Source: a bacterium
GTDB lineage: Bacteria > Zhuqueibacterota > Zhuqueibacteria > Residuimicrobiales > Krinioviventaceae
Assembly (NCBI GenBank): GCA_963674595.2
Contig: CAXXFV010000004.1
Coordinates: 96,001 to 160,000 of the forward strand
Reading direction: 5' to 3'
DNA: 64,000 bases
The translations under genes were made by a program, and so were the position numbers. Under the pieces are notes generated by a model that saw nothing but the letters and a program-made list of their open reading frames with translations, was not told the DNA's origin and made no database searches. Positions 1 through 10,186 of this stretch are shown piece by piece (position 1 is the first letter of the stretch; every line of letters starts with the position of its first letter).

Positions 1-494
1 AATATGGAAACGACAGGCAAACTGAAATGAGGATCACAAAAAAAATTAAAAACAGACCATTTGTTCGGGGTGGTCAGGTAAAGCCACCCGCCTGGTTTTA
101 ATTTTTCATAAAGCGTTGTTATTAACAATCGATAGTCAGACACATGTTCCAGCACATCCGCTAAAATAATTGCATCATATTTTTCATTTGTGGAAAAATC
201 CTCAACAGATGTACAATGTGCGGCAATTTTCACATTTTCTTTTTCAGCCATTTTTTCAAGAACGGCAATTCTTTCCGGATCTATGTCAACCGCTGTTAAC
301 AACGCTCCCTGTTTTGCCAGTGCAACAGCAATGCCGCCATGTCCACAACCGACATCTAAAATTTGTGCACCATCTATTTTCATTTTTACAGCGAGAACAG
401 TTGCAACAAGACTTCCACGGGCCAGAGAGTAACGCTCATAATTTTCCCAAAGTTTTTCATTAGGGTTCCTGATAGCGCCTCCTACTCTTTCCAC
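1..494 (-). CDS. Class I SAM-dependent methyltransferase (runs off the window edge)
   Basis: Manual translation from GTG at 494: ...KIDGAQILDVGCGHGGIAVALAKQGALLTAVDID...YDAIILADVLEHV...LKPGGWLYLTTPN. Contains SAM motif I and the LKPGG motif. Missing from the ORF track because no stop lies in the window. Confidence 0.9.
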   Translation of the reverse strand, partial: MERVGGAIRNPNEKLWENYERYSLARGSLVATVLAVKMKIDGAQILDVGCGHGGIAVALAKQGALLTAVDIDPERIAVLEKMAEKENVKIAAHCTSVEDFSTNEKYDAIILADVLEHVSDYRLLITTLYEKLKPGGWLYLTTPNKWSVFNFFCDPHFSLPVVSI

Positions 495-1562
495 CTTATC
501 GTACAAAAAAGCGAACGAAAGCCGGCCACCAAATTATATAGTACAAAAAGTCCTTCCCAAACCAAAAATGAAAATAAATTAATATGATACCGAAACCGTC
601 CTGCCAAAACATTTAAAAATACAAAATCTAAAAAAATCTTGATAAAAAGAGGTAAAGCAAATAAAGGATTTAACACGGCAAAGGGCAAACCCAGCCATAA
701 AGCAAAATTCACAACATGAAAAAAGCTGTAACCCAATTGCTGCTGTTTTGAATAATATTGTCCTGCGGAAATATGCCTTTGTTTTTGAATTAAAAAAGCC
801 CTCAAATTTTTGGGACCTGCCGCCGGGACAATGGTTTGAGGATCACAATTATAGGTAACGTTCCAGCAAGGATGCTTTGCAACAGCCTGTAATAAAAAAT
901 CATCATCACCGGAAACGGAATTCGGAAAAGCACTATAACCACCGATTTCGTTTAAAGCCTGTCTTTTACAGGCAAGATTGCGGCCGGCGCAGGTAATTCC
1001 AAGGCCCCAGCCGATAGTTCCGCACGCTACAAACGCGGCTGATAGGCTGTCTATATAAAGCAAATTATCCCATGGCCCTTTTTTGACAACTTTTTGTGGA
1101 GAAAAACCTGCCACCAATCCAATGTTATTTGAAAATTGACAAACCATCTGCCGGATCCAGTTTTCAGGCGGCGTACAATCAGCATCTGTAAACAATAAAA
1201 TTTCTCCTGCCGCCTTTTCAAGCCCGGCCTGTAAAGCTGATTTTTTACGGCTCGAAAAATACTGTGTTGGATTATGTAAAACAACAAGATTAGCGGCACT
1301 AAAATCTTTTAAAATATCCCTTGTTCCATCTGTGGAAAAAATCATCAATAACAATGACCTCAAATTTATCTGAGGGATAATTTTGTCCCAGCAATGCCTT
1401 AACACAAGCAGAAATATAATCCTTTTCATTTCGAACCGCTATTAGGACAGACACAACAGGATATTCTTCCAGACGGTTGCTTTTAACGTTGCGCAGGCCT
1501 AAAAAAAGAAAAATTAAAAATATACTGTAAACAAATATGATTGGAATAACAAAAAATATCAT
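482..1562 (-). CDS. Glycosyltransferase family 2, membrane-associated (one apparent frameshift at ~1336-1341)
   Basis: N-part has VSVLIAVRNE..EVIVIDD; C-part has STDGT, FTDADC (DxD), SGDDD and QKQRH plus TM helices. Removing one base from the A6 run joins them as DDFSTDGT. Confidence 0.88.
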
Positions 1563-1662
1563 AATCTTCTTAAAGGTTTAATGCCTGCGAAAATAGAGAT
1601 AATCACAGATTTTTGCAAGGTCTATTTAAACGGCAAAATATAAATACGCCCCCTTGTTTGTA

Positions 1663-2771
1663 TTATAACAAGTTAAAAACCTCTTGAAACCAGGATTCCG
1701 GTAAACGTTTAAAGATTAAATCGGTTGACTGAAAATTCTTTTTACCTAAATTCCGCGGCCACTTGTAATAGGTCAACAAGGCATCATTATTCTGCCAGGT
1801 AATGCTGACATAGGCATAGGCAAAGGTCGTATCCGATTCTATTAATACCGGCGGGCTCCAGGTTTTTCCATCATCCGAAGAAAACGAAGCTGCCAACGGG
1901 GTACGGTTTCTCCACGGGCCGCTGCCTACCGGATTATGAACAATCATTAAATTATGATTATTTGGAATTCGGGTTACTGTTGCCGGAGAGGAAGGTGATT
2001 TAACTTTTGAAGATTTAGCCGCGCTCCAGGTCAATCCGTTATCCACAGATTCACTAAAATAAACATAGTCCAAATCGGTCCGAATGTTCATTAAAAGTGA
2101 GCCGTCCTCTTTTTCTTCTATCCCCGGTTCCATTAACGGATAATCAGGCAATTCAACAAAATTTTTACTTGTATTCCACGTTTTTCCCGGCATCATCTGA
2201 ATAGTAAATACCACATTTTTGTATATCAAAATGTTTTTTCTATATCATCTGTAAGTGCAAAAGGAACAATAATCCTGTTGTTTTTCGTTTGAAATACCCG
2301 GGCATTATTAACAACATGATAACCTTGCATTGAATTAATTTTTACAGGTGCTTCCCACTCTGTTGCCAGAGAATCTTTGGCTGTCATCATCATAATATCC
2401 AGTATCTGATGTGATCGCTCCGGGTCACGAATTAAAAAAAACAAGGCCAGCTTGCCGTTATTTAAATATAACAAGGATGCCGACATGACATTGGTATCGT
2501 TGATTATATATACCGGTTTTGAAATCGTCCATGTTTGACCGTTGTCAAACGAACGTGATTCCGCCAGATGCGCCACGGACATATCACCCCATCCGCCGGT
2601 AAACATGGAATAAACAACCAGCAAAGAGCCGTCCGGTAAAACCGCCAGATCACCTTCACTGTTACGTGGATTTTGTTCACTTGATTCAGCGATTATCGTT
2701 GATTTACTAAACTCATTCTCAATATGTGTACACATACAAGTCAAACATAAAAGAAAAAGAAAATTTTTCAT
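1663..2771 (-). CDS. BNR/Asp-box exo-alpha-sialidase-like beta-propeller (two apparent frameshifts)
   Basis: Asp-boxes SFDNGQTW, SVDNGLTW, SSDDGKTW. Correcting runs at 2234-2239 and 2181-2188 restores a fourth (YSDDAGKTW) and fuses ORFs 2226..2813 and 1663..2229. ATG 2771 has an RBS and a signal peptide. Confidence 0.82.
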
Positions 2772-2803
2772 AACATTCCCTCTTGGCAACTCTAAAACTG
2801 AAT

Positions 2804-3517
2804 CTATCGCCACTCTATAAGCGCCTGATTTAAACTGTCTTCAACTCGATTTTTTGGCGAATAAAAGGATGCAAGTCCATGCCCGGGAAGCATAACATCA
2901 AATTCTATTCGGCTGAATTTTTGCAATGTTTCCAGATAAGTTTTTTTATCAAAATCAATGGAACCATCCCAACCAAAATAACCATAACCCAACGTCCCTA
3001 TAATATCTCCGGTAACAAAAATCCTCCTGTTTTCAAGCTCAAATTCATAGGCCGTACATCCCCGGGTATGTCCCGGAAAATGATGAGCGGTAATCTGAAA
3101 ACCATCTATTTCAATAACCTGTTTATCTTTAACAACCAGATCAACATTACACGGATGAAAGGCCTTGTGATACAAAAATCCGCAACAACGTTCATCACCC
3201 GAGGCCAGGGCGTCTGCTGTGTGGGTATGTGCCACAAGGCTGATCCCTTTTTGCTGCAACAACCAGCCCGCACCGGCGTGGTCCCAATGAGGATGAGTCA
3301 AAAAACAGGTGCTGATCTTTTCAGCATCGAGGCCCCAATAGGACATCTGGGAAAAAATCTGCTCCAGGGTTTCTCCGTTTCCGCAATCAAACAGGACCAG
3401 TTCATTTTGCAATTGCAGCACATAAACATTACAGTCATCAAAAGGATCGGCAACGGAGGTATGCGTCAATCCCGAGAGACTCCCCCCGACCTGATAAAGT
3501 TGATGCAGTAATTGCAT
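2804..3517 (-). CDS. MBL-fold metallo-hydrolase
   Basis: THPHWDH, PGHT, TGD and PGHG motifs. ATG 3517 with a GGAG RBS is preferred over 3559. Confidence 0.88.
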   Translation of the reverse strand: MQLLHQLYQVGGSLSGLTHTSVADPFDDCNVYVLQLQNELVLFDCGNGETLEQIFSQMSYWGLDAEKISTCFLTHPHWDHAGAGWLLQQKGISLVAHTHTADALASGDERCCGFLYHKAFHPCNVDLVVKDKQVIEIDGFQITAHHFPGHTRGCTAYEFELENRRIFVTGDIIGTLGYGYFGWDGSIDFDKKTYLETLQKFSRIEFDVMLPGHGLASFYSPKNRVEDSLNQALIEWR

Positions 3518-3573
3518 AAAAACTCCGTAAAAAATCAGGCCCTGCAAACGATTTAACAAGGCCTTAAAAATTA

Positions 3574-4872
3574 TTATAACATTTTTTCAAGCTGTCGCAG
3601 ACGTAACAAAGTTTGAATGACGGCCCGGACAGAGTGATAGCTGATTTTCCATTCGTGGGAGAGGTGGTCCCATTTTATGGTTCCGTCGCGTTCAAAAAGA
3701 GCATACCATTCGCCTACCTCATGATTGATCATTTTGTTCCAGATAAATTCAAAAATATTTTCAAATGCGTCCCAATAATTTTGGTCTTTAAAAATCAAAT
3801 AACCGTCCAAAAATCCGGTCAAAGCCTCACCCTGCTGCCAGAATTCTTTAAGCGTTTGAATGGCTTCACCCTCATTAGGCCCTTCAACATAAATGCCGCC
3901 ATATTCCCAGTCAACGCCCCATTTATGGGCCTGGTCGTTAATTTTTTTCAAAATATCTTTATAAGGTTCCACATCCTTGCCCATAATATCCAGGGCCAGT
4001 TTCAACAGCCAGTTAAATTCTATATTGTGTCCGTAATTGGTATTATCCAGAGGCCGTGCCTCTTCTTCCGGCGCCCGGTCTGCGCCCCAAACATTTTGAA
4101 ACAGAATAGCCCTTAATGGATTAAAAAAGCGGTCAAACTGGGCGATTCCTGTTTTATACTTGGGATCGAGCATTTTTTCTATTAAAATCTCTATAATTTC
4201 TTCGAGTTTTCGTTTGTGGACAGGCAGTTGTGTCAATTCATACAAGGTTGTAAACGCTTCCATCAGGTGCATGTGGACATCGAGTGTTTTACGGTCACCG
4301 CCGTAAACACCGCCGGGTTTTATCGTCCAGTCACGATTGAACATTTCCCAAAAACCGCCGCCGTAAATATCGGAAGCGCATCGCATAATCGTATCAAAGG
4401 TTTTTTCTGCATATTCCTGTCCCCTGGGATCACCGGTTGCCAGTCCGTATTCGGCCATGGAATATACCCCGAAACAATGTCCGTACATGATTTTACTATC
4501 GTCAACCATCTTGCCGTCGCGTTCGGTAATCCAGTACCATCCGCCGTACTTTTCATCCCAGAAATGTTTTAGAACAAAATCCACACCCTGACGCGCCGCT
4601 TCGGCATATTCACCATTTCCAAGTCCCGCACGATGCGCACTGGCAAATGTAAAAATCATGCGTAATTGCATAATCAATGTTTTGTTTGTTTTACCGGATG
4701 GTTTGCCGTCTTTATCAAAATAGGTCAAGTATCCACCGATTTCATGGTCGATGGAATTATTATACCAGAAAGGGACTAATTTATTTTTTAAATAGGGATC
4801 CAAAAGACCGATAATTTCATTGATACGCTCTTTTGTAACGGGCACTCCTTTTGTCTTACAAAAAGTTTTCAT
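3574..4872 (-). CDS. AGE-family sugar epimerase/isomerase (cellobiose/mannose 2-epimerase-like)
   Basis: HMHLMEA, NYGHNIE, WQQGE and KISYHSVRA motifs of the (alpha/alpha)6 AGE family. Confidence 0.88.
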   Translation of the reverse strand: MKTFCKTKGVPVTKERINEIIGLLDPYLKNKLVPFWYNNSIDHEIGGYLTYFDKDGKPSGKTNKTLIMQLRMIFTFASAHRAGLGNGEYAEAARQGVDFVLKHFWDEKYGGWYWITERDGKMVDDSKIMYGHCFGVYSMAEYGLATGDPRGQEYAEKTFDTIMRCASDIYGGGFWEMFNRDWTIKPGGVYGGDRKTLDVHMHLMEAFTTLYELTQLPVHKRKLEEIIEILIEKMLDPKYKTGIAQFDRFFNPLRAILFQNVWGADRAPEEEARPLDNTNYGHNIEFNWLLKLALDIMGKDVEPYKDILKKINDQAHKWGVDWEYGGIYVEGPNEGEAIQTLKEFWQQGEALTGFLDGYLIFKDQNYWDAFENIFEFIWNKMINHEVGEWYALFERDGTIKWDHLSHEWKISYHSVRAVIQTLLRLRQLEKML

Positions 4873-5216
4873 AACAACTTCTCCAAGTCTTGCATGGGTT
4901 AATAGATTTTCATCAGGACTTAAACCAAAACATTACAATTTATACTAGAATATTATTCGAATGCAAAAAACAAATCATTACAACAACTTGTTCTTTGACA
5001 ATTAGAAACAGCAAGTTAAACAGGTTTATAAATGCAAAATAGTATAATTAGTTCAATTTGACAAGAATTTTAATAAAAATAATTGGATGAAATCCTTATA
5101 AAAACATTTTCCATAAAGCAATGTAACTGATTAATTCTATAAAATTAATTTGCAGTTTACATCTCAAATTATTACTATAAGAGATTAAAATAATATCTGA
5201 AACACAGGAAAAATAA

Positions 5217-6065
5217 ATGTCTTTTGGTGAACAAAAATCGCTTTTCACTGAAAAAAGCGATCATGAATTATTTGCAAACCTTTCTCTGGAACGACCACTG
5301 GTTGTTTTTGATCTGGAAACGACCGGTCTTGATATGAAAAACGATAGAATCGTTCAATTTGCTTTTTTACGAGTAAATCCGGATAAATCCAAAGATGAGT
5401 GGATGGAACTGGTAAAACCCGGTATTCGCATTCCACCGGAATCATCCCGCGTTCATAATATTACTGATGACATGGTCAAAGACAAGCCGACAATGGCACA
5501 CTTTGCGCCTAAAATAACAGAATTTCTTCAAAATTGTGATCTATGTGGATTCAACATTGCCAGATTTGATGTACCTTTTTTACAAGCAGAAATGGAACGA
5601 AACAATCATGCTCTGGATTTGAATGACATAAATATTATCGATGCCCAGGTTATTTTTCACAAACAGGAACCCCGCGACCTGTCTGCAGCTTATCGGTTTT
5701 ACTGCAACCAGGAACACGAAGACGCTCATGATGCCATGGGAGATGTTCAGGTTACATTGGAAATATTTGACGCTCAATTACAGCGTTATCAAAATATCCC
5801 CAGGGACATAAAAAAGCTGCATGAATTTTGTTCCCCCAAAGATGACAGATGGGTGACGCAGGACAGAAAATTTTACTGGCGGCACGGTAAAGCAACAATC
5901 GGTTTTGGTAAACACAAAGGCAAAAGCCTGGAATGGATTGTTGAAAAAGACCGCGACTATCTTATGTGGATGAAAAGCGGTGATTTCTCTGCGGATACAA
6001 AAGAAATGATTATCAATGCATTAAATGGTACTTTTCCCGTAAATAACGGATCAAACGACGATTAA
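5217..6065 (+). CDS. DEDDh 3'-5' exonuclease (DnaQ/epsilon-like)
   Basis: FDLETTG, GFNIARFD and AHDAMGD motifs; C-terminal FGKHKGKSL domain. Confidence 0.92.
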   Translation: MSFGEQKSLFTEKSDHELFANLSLERPLVVFDLETTGLDMKNDRIVQFAFLRVNPDKSKDEWMELVKPGIRIPPESSRVHNITDDMVKDKPTMAHFAPKITEFLQNCDLCGFNIARFDVPFLQAEMERNNHALDLNDINIIDAQVIFHKQEPRDLSAAYRFYCNQEHEDAHDAMGDVQVTLEIFDAQLQRYQNIPRDIKKLHEFCSPKDDRWVTQDRKFYWRHGKATIGFGKHKGKSLEWIVEKDRDYLMWMKSGDFSADTKEMIINALNGTFPVNNGSNDD

Positions 6066-6091
6066 TTTTTGTACAACAGTGTGAATGATAT

Positions 6092-7012
6092 GTGGAACGG
6101 TTTTTTATAAAATTTTCCATTTTCCTTATAATACCAGGTATATTCTATTTCGGCTGTAATAAACCTGAATCAAAAAAAACAAATGACCCTTGTTTTTTAC
6201 AAATTCATAATGATTATCCGGCTGCATGGGGGAGGTGTCTTATTTCGGAAAAATATAAACTAACTTATACGCTTTTGCAAAAAAGCGATACGGTTGTTAT
6301 AAAACCAGAGATGCCTTTTTTTAACGATTCCTCATACATCCAGGGAGAAGCTTTTTATAAAACACCGTTTCAATGGCAATATCCCAAAATATCAGTTAAT
6401 TGTCCCGGCAAAGAGTGTGATGCCATTGAATTTTGGATTGTTGACAAAAAACAACTGAATGAACCATTACTTGCAATACAAAACAACAAGTTGAACACAT
6501 TAAAAACGGGATTGAATATAATAAATTACGGCTGGAAACCGATAACAGGTATTACAGTTGAATATAATATAGATTCCAATTTTTCAGAAAACGACGCGGC
6601 TGCAAATTTTACATATATAGAAAAATTTACCGTTTTAGACACTATGATATATCTTGACCTGACAAACAAGGTAAAAAAATTAAAAGGAACATCTTTACGG
6701 TTAAACGTATCAGGCCGGATGAATTATCAAACAAACAGCGGTTTAAAAAAAACACAGCCGTTTCAGTCACTGTTATGGCTGGAGCAGGAAGAGGCCGGAA
6801 TACCCGTACCGCCTGAAAACAAAGCATCATTTATGCTGGATGACCCGGAAAAAACCAAATTTATAAAAAAACCAAACCGTTTCCCGTATTTAATTCAGCC
6901 CGGTGCTCAACGTTCAACAGAATTTATGTTAAAAATTGTTTTAAAAAAGAATGATGCTATCATCGCTTCAATACCGGTAAAAATTAACATTTGGATCCCG
7001 AAATATAAATAA
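6092..7012 (+). CDS. Hypothetical lipoprotein
   Basis: 306-aa ORF spaced like an operon member; hydrophobic N-terminus ending YFGC. Confidence 0.65.
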   Translation: MERFFIKFSIFLIIPGIFYFGCNKPESKKTNDPCFLQIHNDYPAAWGRCLISEKYKLTYTLLQKSDTVVIKPEMPFFNDSSYIQGEAFYKTPFQWQYPKISVNCPGKECDAIEFWIVDKKQLNEPLLAIQNNKLNTLKTGLNIINYGWKPITGITVEYNIDSNFSENDAAANFTYIEKFTVLDTMIYLDLTNKVKKLKGTSLRLNVSGRMNYQTNSGLKKTQPFQSLLWLEQEEAGIPVPPENKASFMLDDPEKTKFIKKPNRFPYLIQPGAQRSTEFMLKIVLKKNDAIIASIPVKINIWIPKYK

Positions 7013-7025
7013 GAAAGTATAAACA

Positions 7026-8960
7026 ATGCGCTCGATTATGATGACAACCTGTTTAATTTTTCTGTTCACTTTATCTGCTATGTCCAAAGATAATGAAAAT
7101 TTTGACAGGCAACTGAAAAACTGGAGCCCGCAAACACTGGCACATCCGAGAATATATTTTCCACAAAACAATGCAAATTTTATTGCAGAACGACGAAAAT
7201 TAGTACCTGAACTGTATGACCAATTTTTAAGTGAATGTGACAGTTTACTGCTGCACCCTGTTCCTGATTTTTCAAATTTTTCCACGCAACGGCATAAAGC
7301 ACGATTAATGGCGCAAAAATTCGCGTTTGCTTATCTGGTGACCAAAGAGTTAAAATATGCAGAACGTGCTAAAAAAATTGTCTCTCAAATGCTGGCCTGG
7401 CCGGATTGGGTTTATAAAGTCCACAAGCCCTTGACTGTCGATCTGGGTGTTGCAACAATCGCCAACAGTTTGAGTATCTGTTATGACTGGTTATATGAAA
7501 CCTGGACAGACCAGGAAAAAACCGACCTGGAACAAGCTGTAATCAACCGGGGTATTTTACCGTTTTTTAAAGTTTATCAGGCAAAATCAGAAGGCTGGAC
7601 ACAAGTAGACCACAACTGGCGTTCGGTTATATGCGGAAAAATTGGAACGGCCGTTTTGGCGTTCTATGAAAACCTGGAAAATCCAAAAGCAATATTAAAG
7701 GACTGTATTGACGGCGTGGGACATGTATTAAACAAAGGCGGTCGTGACGGCGGCTGGAACGAAGGCGTCAGTTATTGGGGATATGGAATCGGAGAAGCGG
7801 TTTATTTTGTTGAAGCGCTTTATAACGTAACGAACGGTGATGTGAACTTGTATGATATCCCGTTTCTTAAAAACACCGGTGATTTTGGATTGTATACAAA
7901 CATTGCTCCCAAATATTGTTTCAATTTTTCCGACTGTAATATGACTCCCCCCTTGCCCTGGCTGATGCTTCTTCTGGCAAACAGGATGTCGAACCCAATA
8001 TGGCAATGGTATGGCGTTCAGCATGTGTCACATGAAATTGATATGCTGCTGTTTTACAATCCAAAACTTGAACCAAAAAAACCGGACACCTATCCGTTAG
8101 GAAAATGGTTTCACGATATAAATATCACGGCCATGAAAAGCGGATGGGAACAAAACGATCTTTATATCGGTGTAAAAAGCGGGCAAACAGCAATCAACCA
8201 TTCGCATTTGGACTTGAATTCATTTATTTTTTATGCTTATGGCATTCCATTCATCGTGGATACCGGCACCTGGCCCTATGCACACGGTCTTGGATTTTTT
8301 AAAAATGAAGGCCCCAGATGGGACTTTGAAGCCCTTGCCACATCGGCACATAACACGTTGCTTATTGACGGTCAGGGACAAAAATATGGGACAGAAAATT
8401 ACGGCGAAATTATAAACTTTTTAACAGAATCGAACCTGCAATGGACGATAGCCGAGGCCCACAGAGCCTATGGCGATCTGCTGGATAAATTCACCCGCTA
8501 CTTTGCGTTTATTGATAACAAAGCCCTGGTTATTGTCGATGACATTTCCGCATCTGACGTCAGAAAAATGGAATTTTTACTGCATTATCAAGGGCAGATA
8601 AAAGAAAATCAGAACGGACAATTTTTATTGGAGAACGAAAATGCTTTTATGGACATTTGTTTTCTGAAACCACAGAAACAAGACAACAGGACTGTAGAAT
8701 TTATTAATAGTCAGACAAGTTACCAGGCGACGTCCGAAACCTGTAACGAAACCGTTCAGTATATATCCGTACGACCATTACATCGACAACAAAATTATAA
8801 ATTTATAACCGTTCTTGTCCCATTCAGGCAGGAACCAATATTAAAAAAAGCTGAAATTCTTTCAGAAAATGATAATCAGGTACAAATCACAATTCAATTG
8901 AATAAACAAAATTTTGTGCTTGTTTTTAATCTTGCTGAACAGCATATTTCAATAAAATAA
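7026..8960 (+). CDS. Heparinase II/III-like polysaccharide lyase, secreted
   Basis: Signal peptide; HPRI, HNW, DGGWNEGVSYWGY, NFSD, NHSHLDLNSF and HNTLLIDG motifs. Confidence 0.85.
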   Translation: MRSIMMTTCLIFLFTLSAMSKDNENFDRQLKNWSPQTLAHPRIYFPQNNANFIAERRKLVPELYDQFLSECDSLLLHPVPDFSNFSTQRHKARLMAQKFAFAYLVTKELKYAERAKKIVSQMLAWPDWVYKVHKPLTVDLGVATIANSLSICYDWLYETWTDQEKTDLEQAVINRGILPFFKVYQAKSEGWTQVDHNWRSVICGKIGTAVLAFYENLENPKAILKDCIDGVGHVLNKGGRDGGWNEGVSYWGYGIGEAVYFVEALYNVTNGDVNLYDIPFLKNTGDFGLYTNIAPKYCFNFSDCNMTPPLPWLMLLLANRMSNPIWQWYGVQHVSHEIDMLLFYNPKLEPKKPDTYPLGKWFHDINITAMKSGWEQNDLYIGVKSGQTAINHSHLDLNSFIFYAYGIPFIVDTGTWPYAHGLGFFKNEGPRWDFEALATSAHNTLLIDGQGQKYGTENYGEIINFLTESNLQWTIAEAHRAYGDLLDKFTRYFAFIDNKALVIVDDISASDVRKMEFLLHYQGQIKENQNGQFLLENENAFMDICFLKPQKQDNRTVEFINSQTSYQATSETCNETVQYISVRPLHRQQNYKFITVLVPFRQEPILKKAEILSENDNQVQITIQLNKQNFVLVFNLAEQHISIK

Positions 8961-8987
8961 CTATTCATTTTCACACAGGAAAAACTT

Positions 8988-10136
8988 TTGAATTTTCACC
9001 TTGACAATCTTTCACCAAAGCCCTATTGCATAAACAATCCGGCACAGATAAAAACACCCAGGCTTGTTCTGTTTGAAGATCGTGTGGACGAAAATATTCA
9101 AACCATGCAAAACCTTTTAAAAGAAAAAAATCAAAACCTGAACTTGAAAAACCTGTGCCCGCACGTTAAAACACATAAATCGGCATTGATAACACAAAAA
9201 ATGATTAAAGCGGGTATTTCCTTTTTTAAATGCACAATGAATGAAATCGACATGCTGATTCATGCCGGCGCCAAACACATTTTTATTGCTTACCCGTTGT
9301 TAAACCATTCAGCATCAGATGTTGCTCAATACATTATTAACAATCCGGATATCGTATTTTATATCCAGGTCAGCCGTTCCGAACATATAGATATTCTGAC
9401 ACAGACAGCAAAAGAGGAAAACATTCACTGGAATATATTAATTGATCTGAATGTCGGTATGAATCGTACCGGTTTGAACCCATCTGAAACATTGGAATTA
9501 TATAACGAATTAAAAAAGCTGAGCGATTTCACTTTTTACGGATTCCATGCCTATGACGGGCATGTCCATTTTGAAAACGAATCCGAAAGCAGAACAGAAG
9601 CCCAAAAAAGCATGGACCGCCTTTTAAACGTTATTAAACAATTTCAGCAAAATAATGTGCCGGTAAAAATGATAAACATCGGCGGAACCCCCAGTTTTCT
9701 GTATGATATGGAAGCAATCCGAAACCTGGACCGTAACATTCAGATTTTTCTTTCACCGGGTACATGGGTCTATTTTGATTCAAAATCGAACCGGTTTTTA
9801 CCCGATACTTTTCAGGTTGCAGCCTGTATTTTGACACAAATCATTGACAAGCCCGGAACAGACCTGGCTACGTTAAACATCGGCCATAAACGCTGGTCTA
9901 TTGACCAGGGCCAGATAACGGATTTCAGTATTAAAGGCATGAAGGCTGTTCAATGGAGTGAAGAGCATACGGTCGTTTCCATTCCTAAAGATGTTCAACT
10001 GAATATTGGTGATTTCATTTTATTCGCTCCCACACATGTTTGTTCAACTGTAAATTTGTGGGAATATATGACAGTGATTGATGGTAAAGGAGAAATAAAA
10101 ACCGAAAAATCTTTAATAGAAGCACGGAACAGATAA
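8988..10136 (+). CDS. Fold-type III PLP enzyme (D-threonine aldolase / D-serine dehydratase-like)
   Basis: TPRL, PHVKTHK (PLP Lys), NRTG, YDGH, GGTP, SEEH and PTHVC motifs. Confidence 0.88.
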   Translation: MNFHLDNLSPKPYCINNPAQIKTPRLVLFEDRVDENIQTMQNLLKEKNQNLNLKNLCPHVKTHKSALITQKMIKAGISFFKCTMNEIDMLIHAGAKHIFIAYPLLNHSASDVAQYIINNPDIVFYIQVSRSEHIDILTQTAKEENIHWNILIDLNVGMNRTGLNPSETLELYNELKKLSDFTFYGFHAYDGHVHFENESESRTEAQKSMDRLLNVIKQFQQNNVPVKMINIGGTPSFLYDMEAIRNLDRNIQIFLSPGTWVYFDSKSNRFLPDTFQVAACILTQIIDKPGTDLATLNIGHKRWSIDQGQITDFSIKGMKAVQWSEEHTVVSIPKDVQLNIGDFILFAPTHVCSTVNLWEYMTVIDGKGEIKTEKSLIEARNR

Positions 10137-10186
10137 TGTAATTCTTTTGTTTAATAACATGAATTATAACCATAAAATAAAGGGAT

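Noticed and set aside
170-587. Plus-strand ORFs 170..463, 190..432 and 363..587
   Set aside because: Shadows of the minus-strand methyltransferase and GT2 genes.
1299-2239. Programmed frameshifting or phase variation in the GT2 and sialidase genes
   Set aside because: Runs are only 5-6 nt, and similar indels hit housekeeping genes (hflK, glgC), so sequencing error is more parsimonious.
2879-4572. Long antisense ORFs (2879..3511, 3613..4116; likewise 52911..53447, 56065..56634)
   Set aside because: They lie wholly opposite well-supported genes and have no recognisable motifs.
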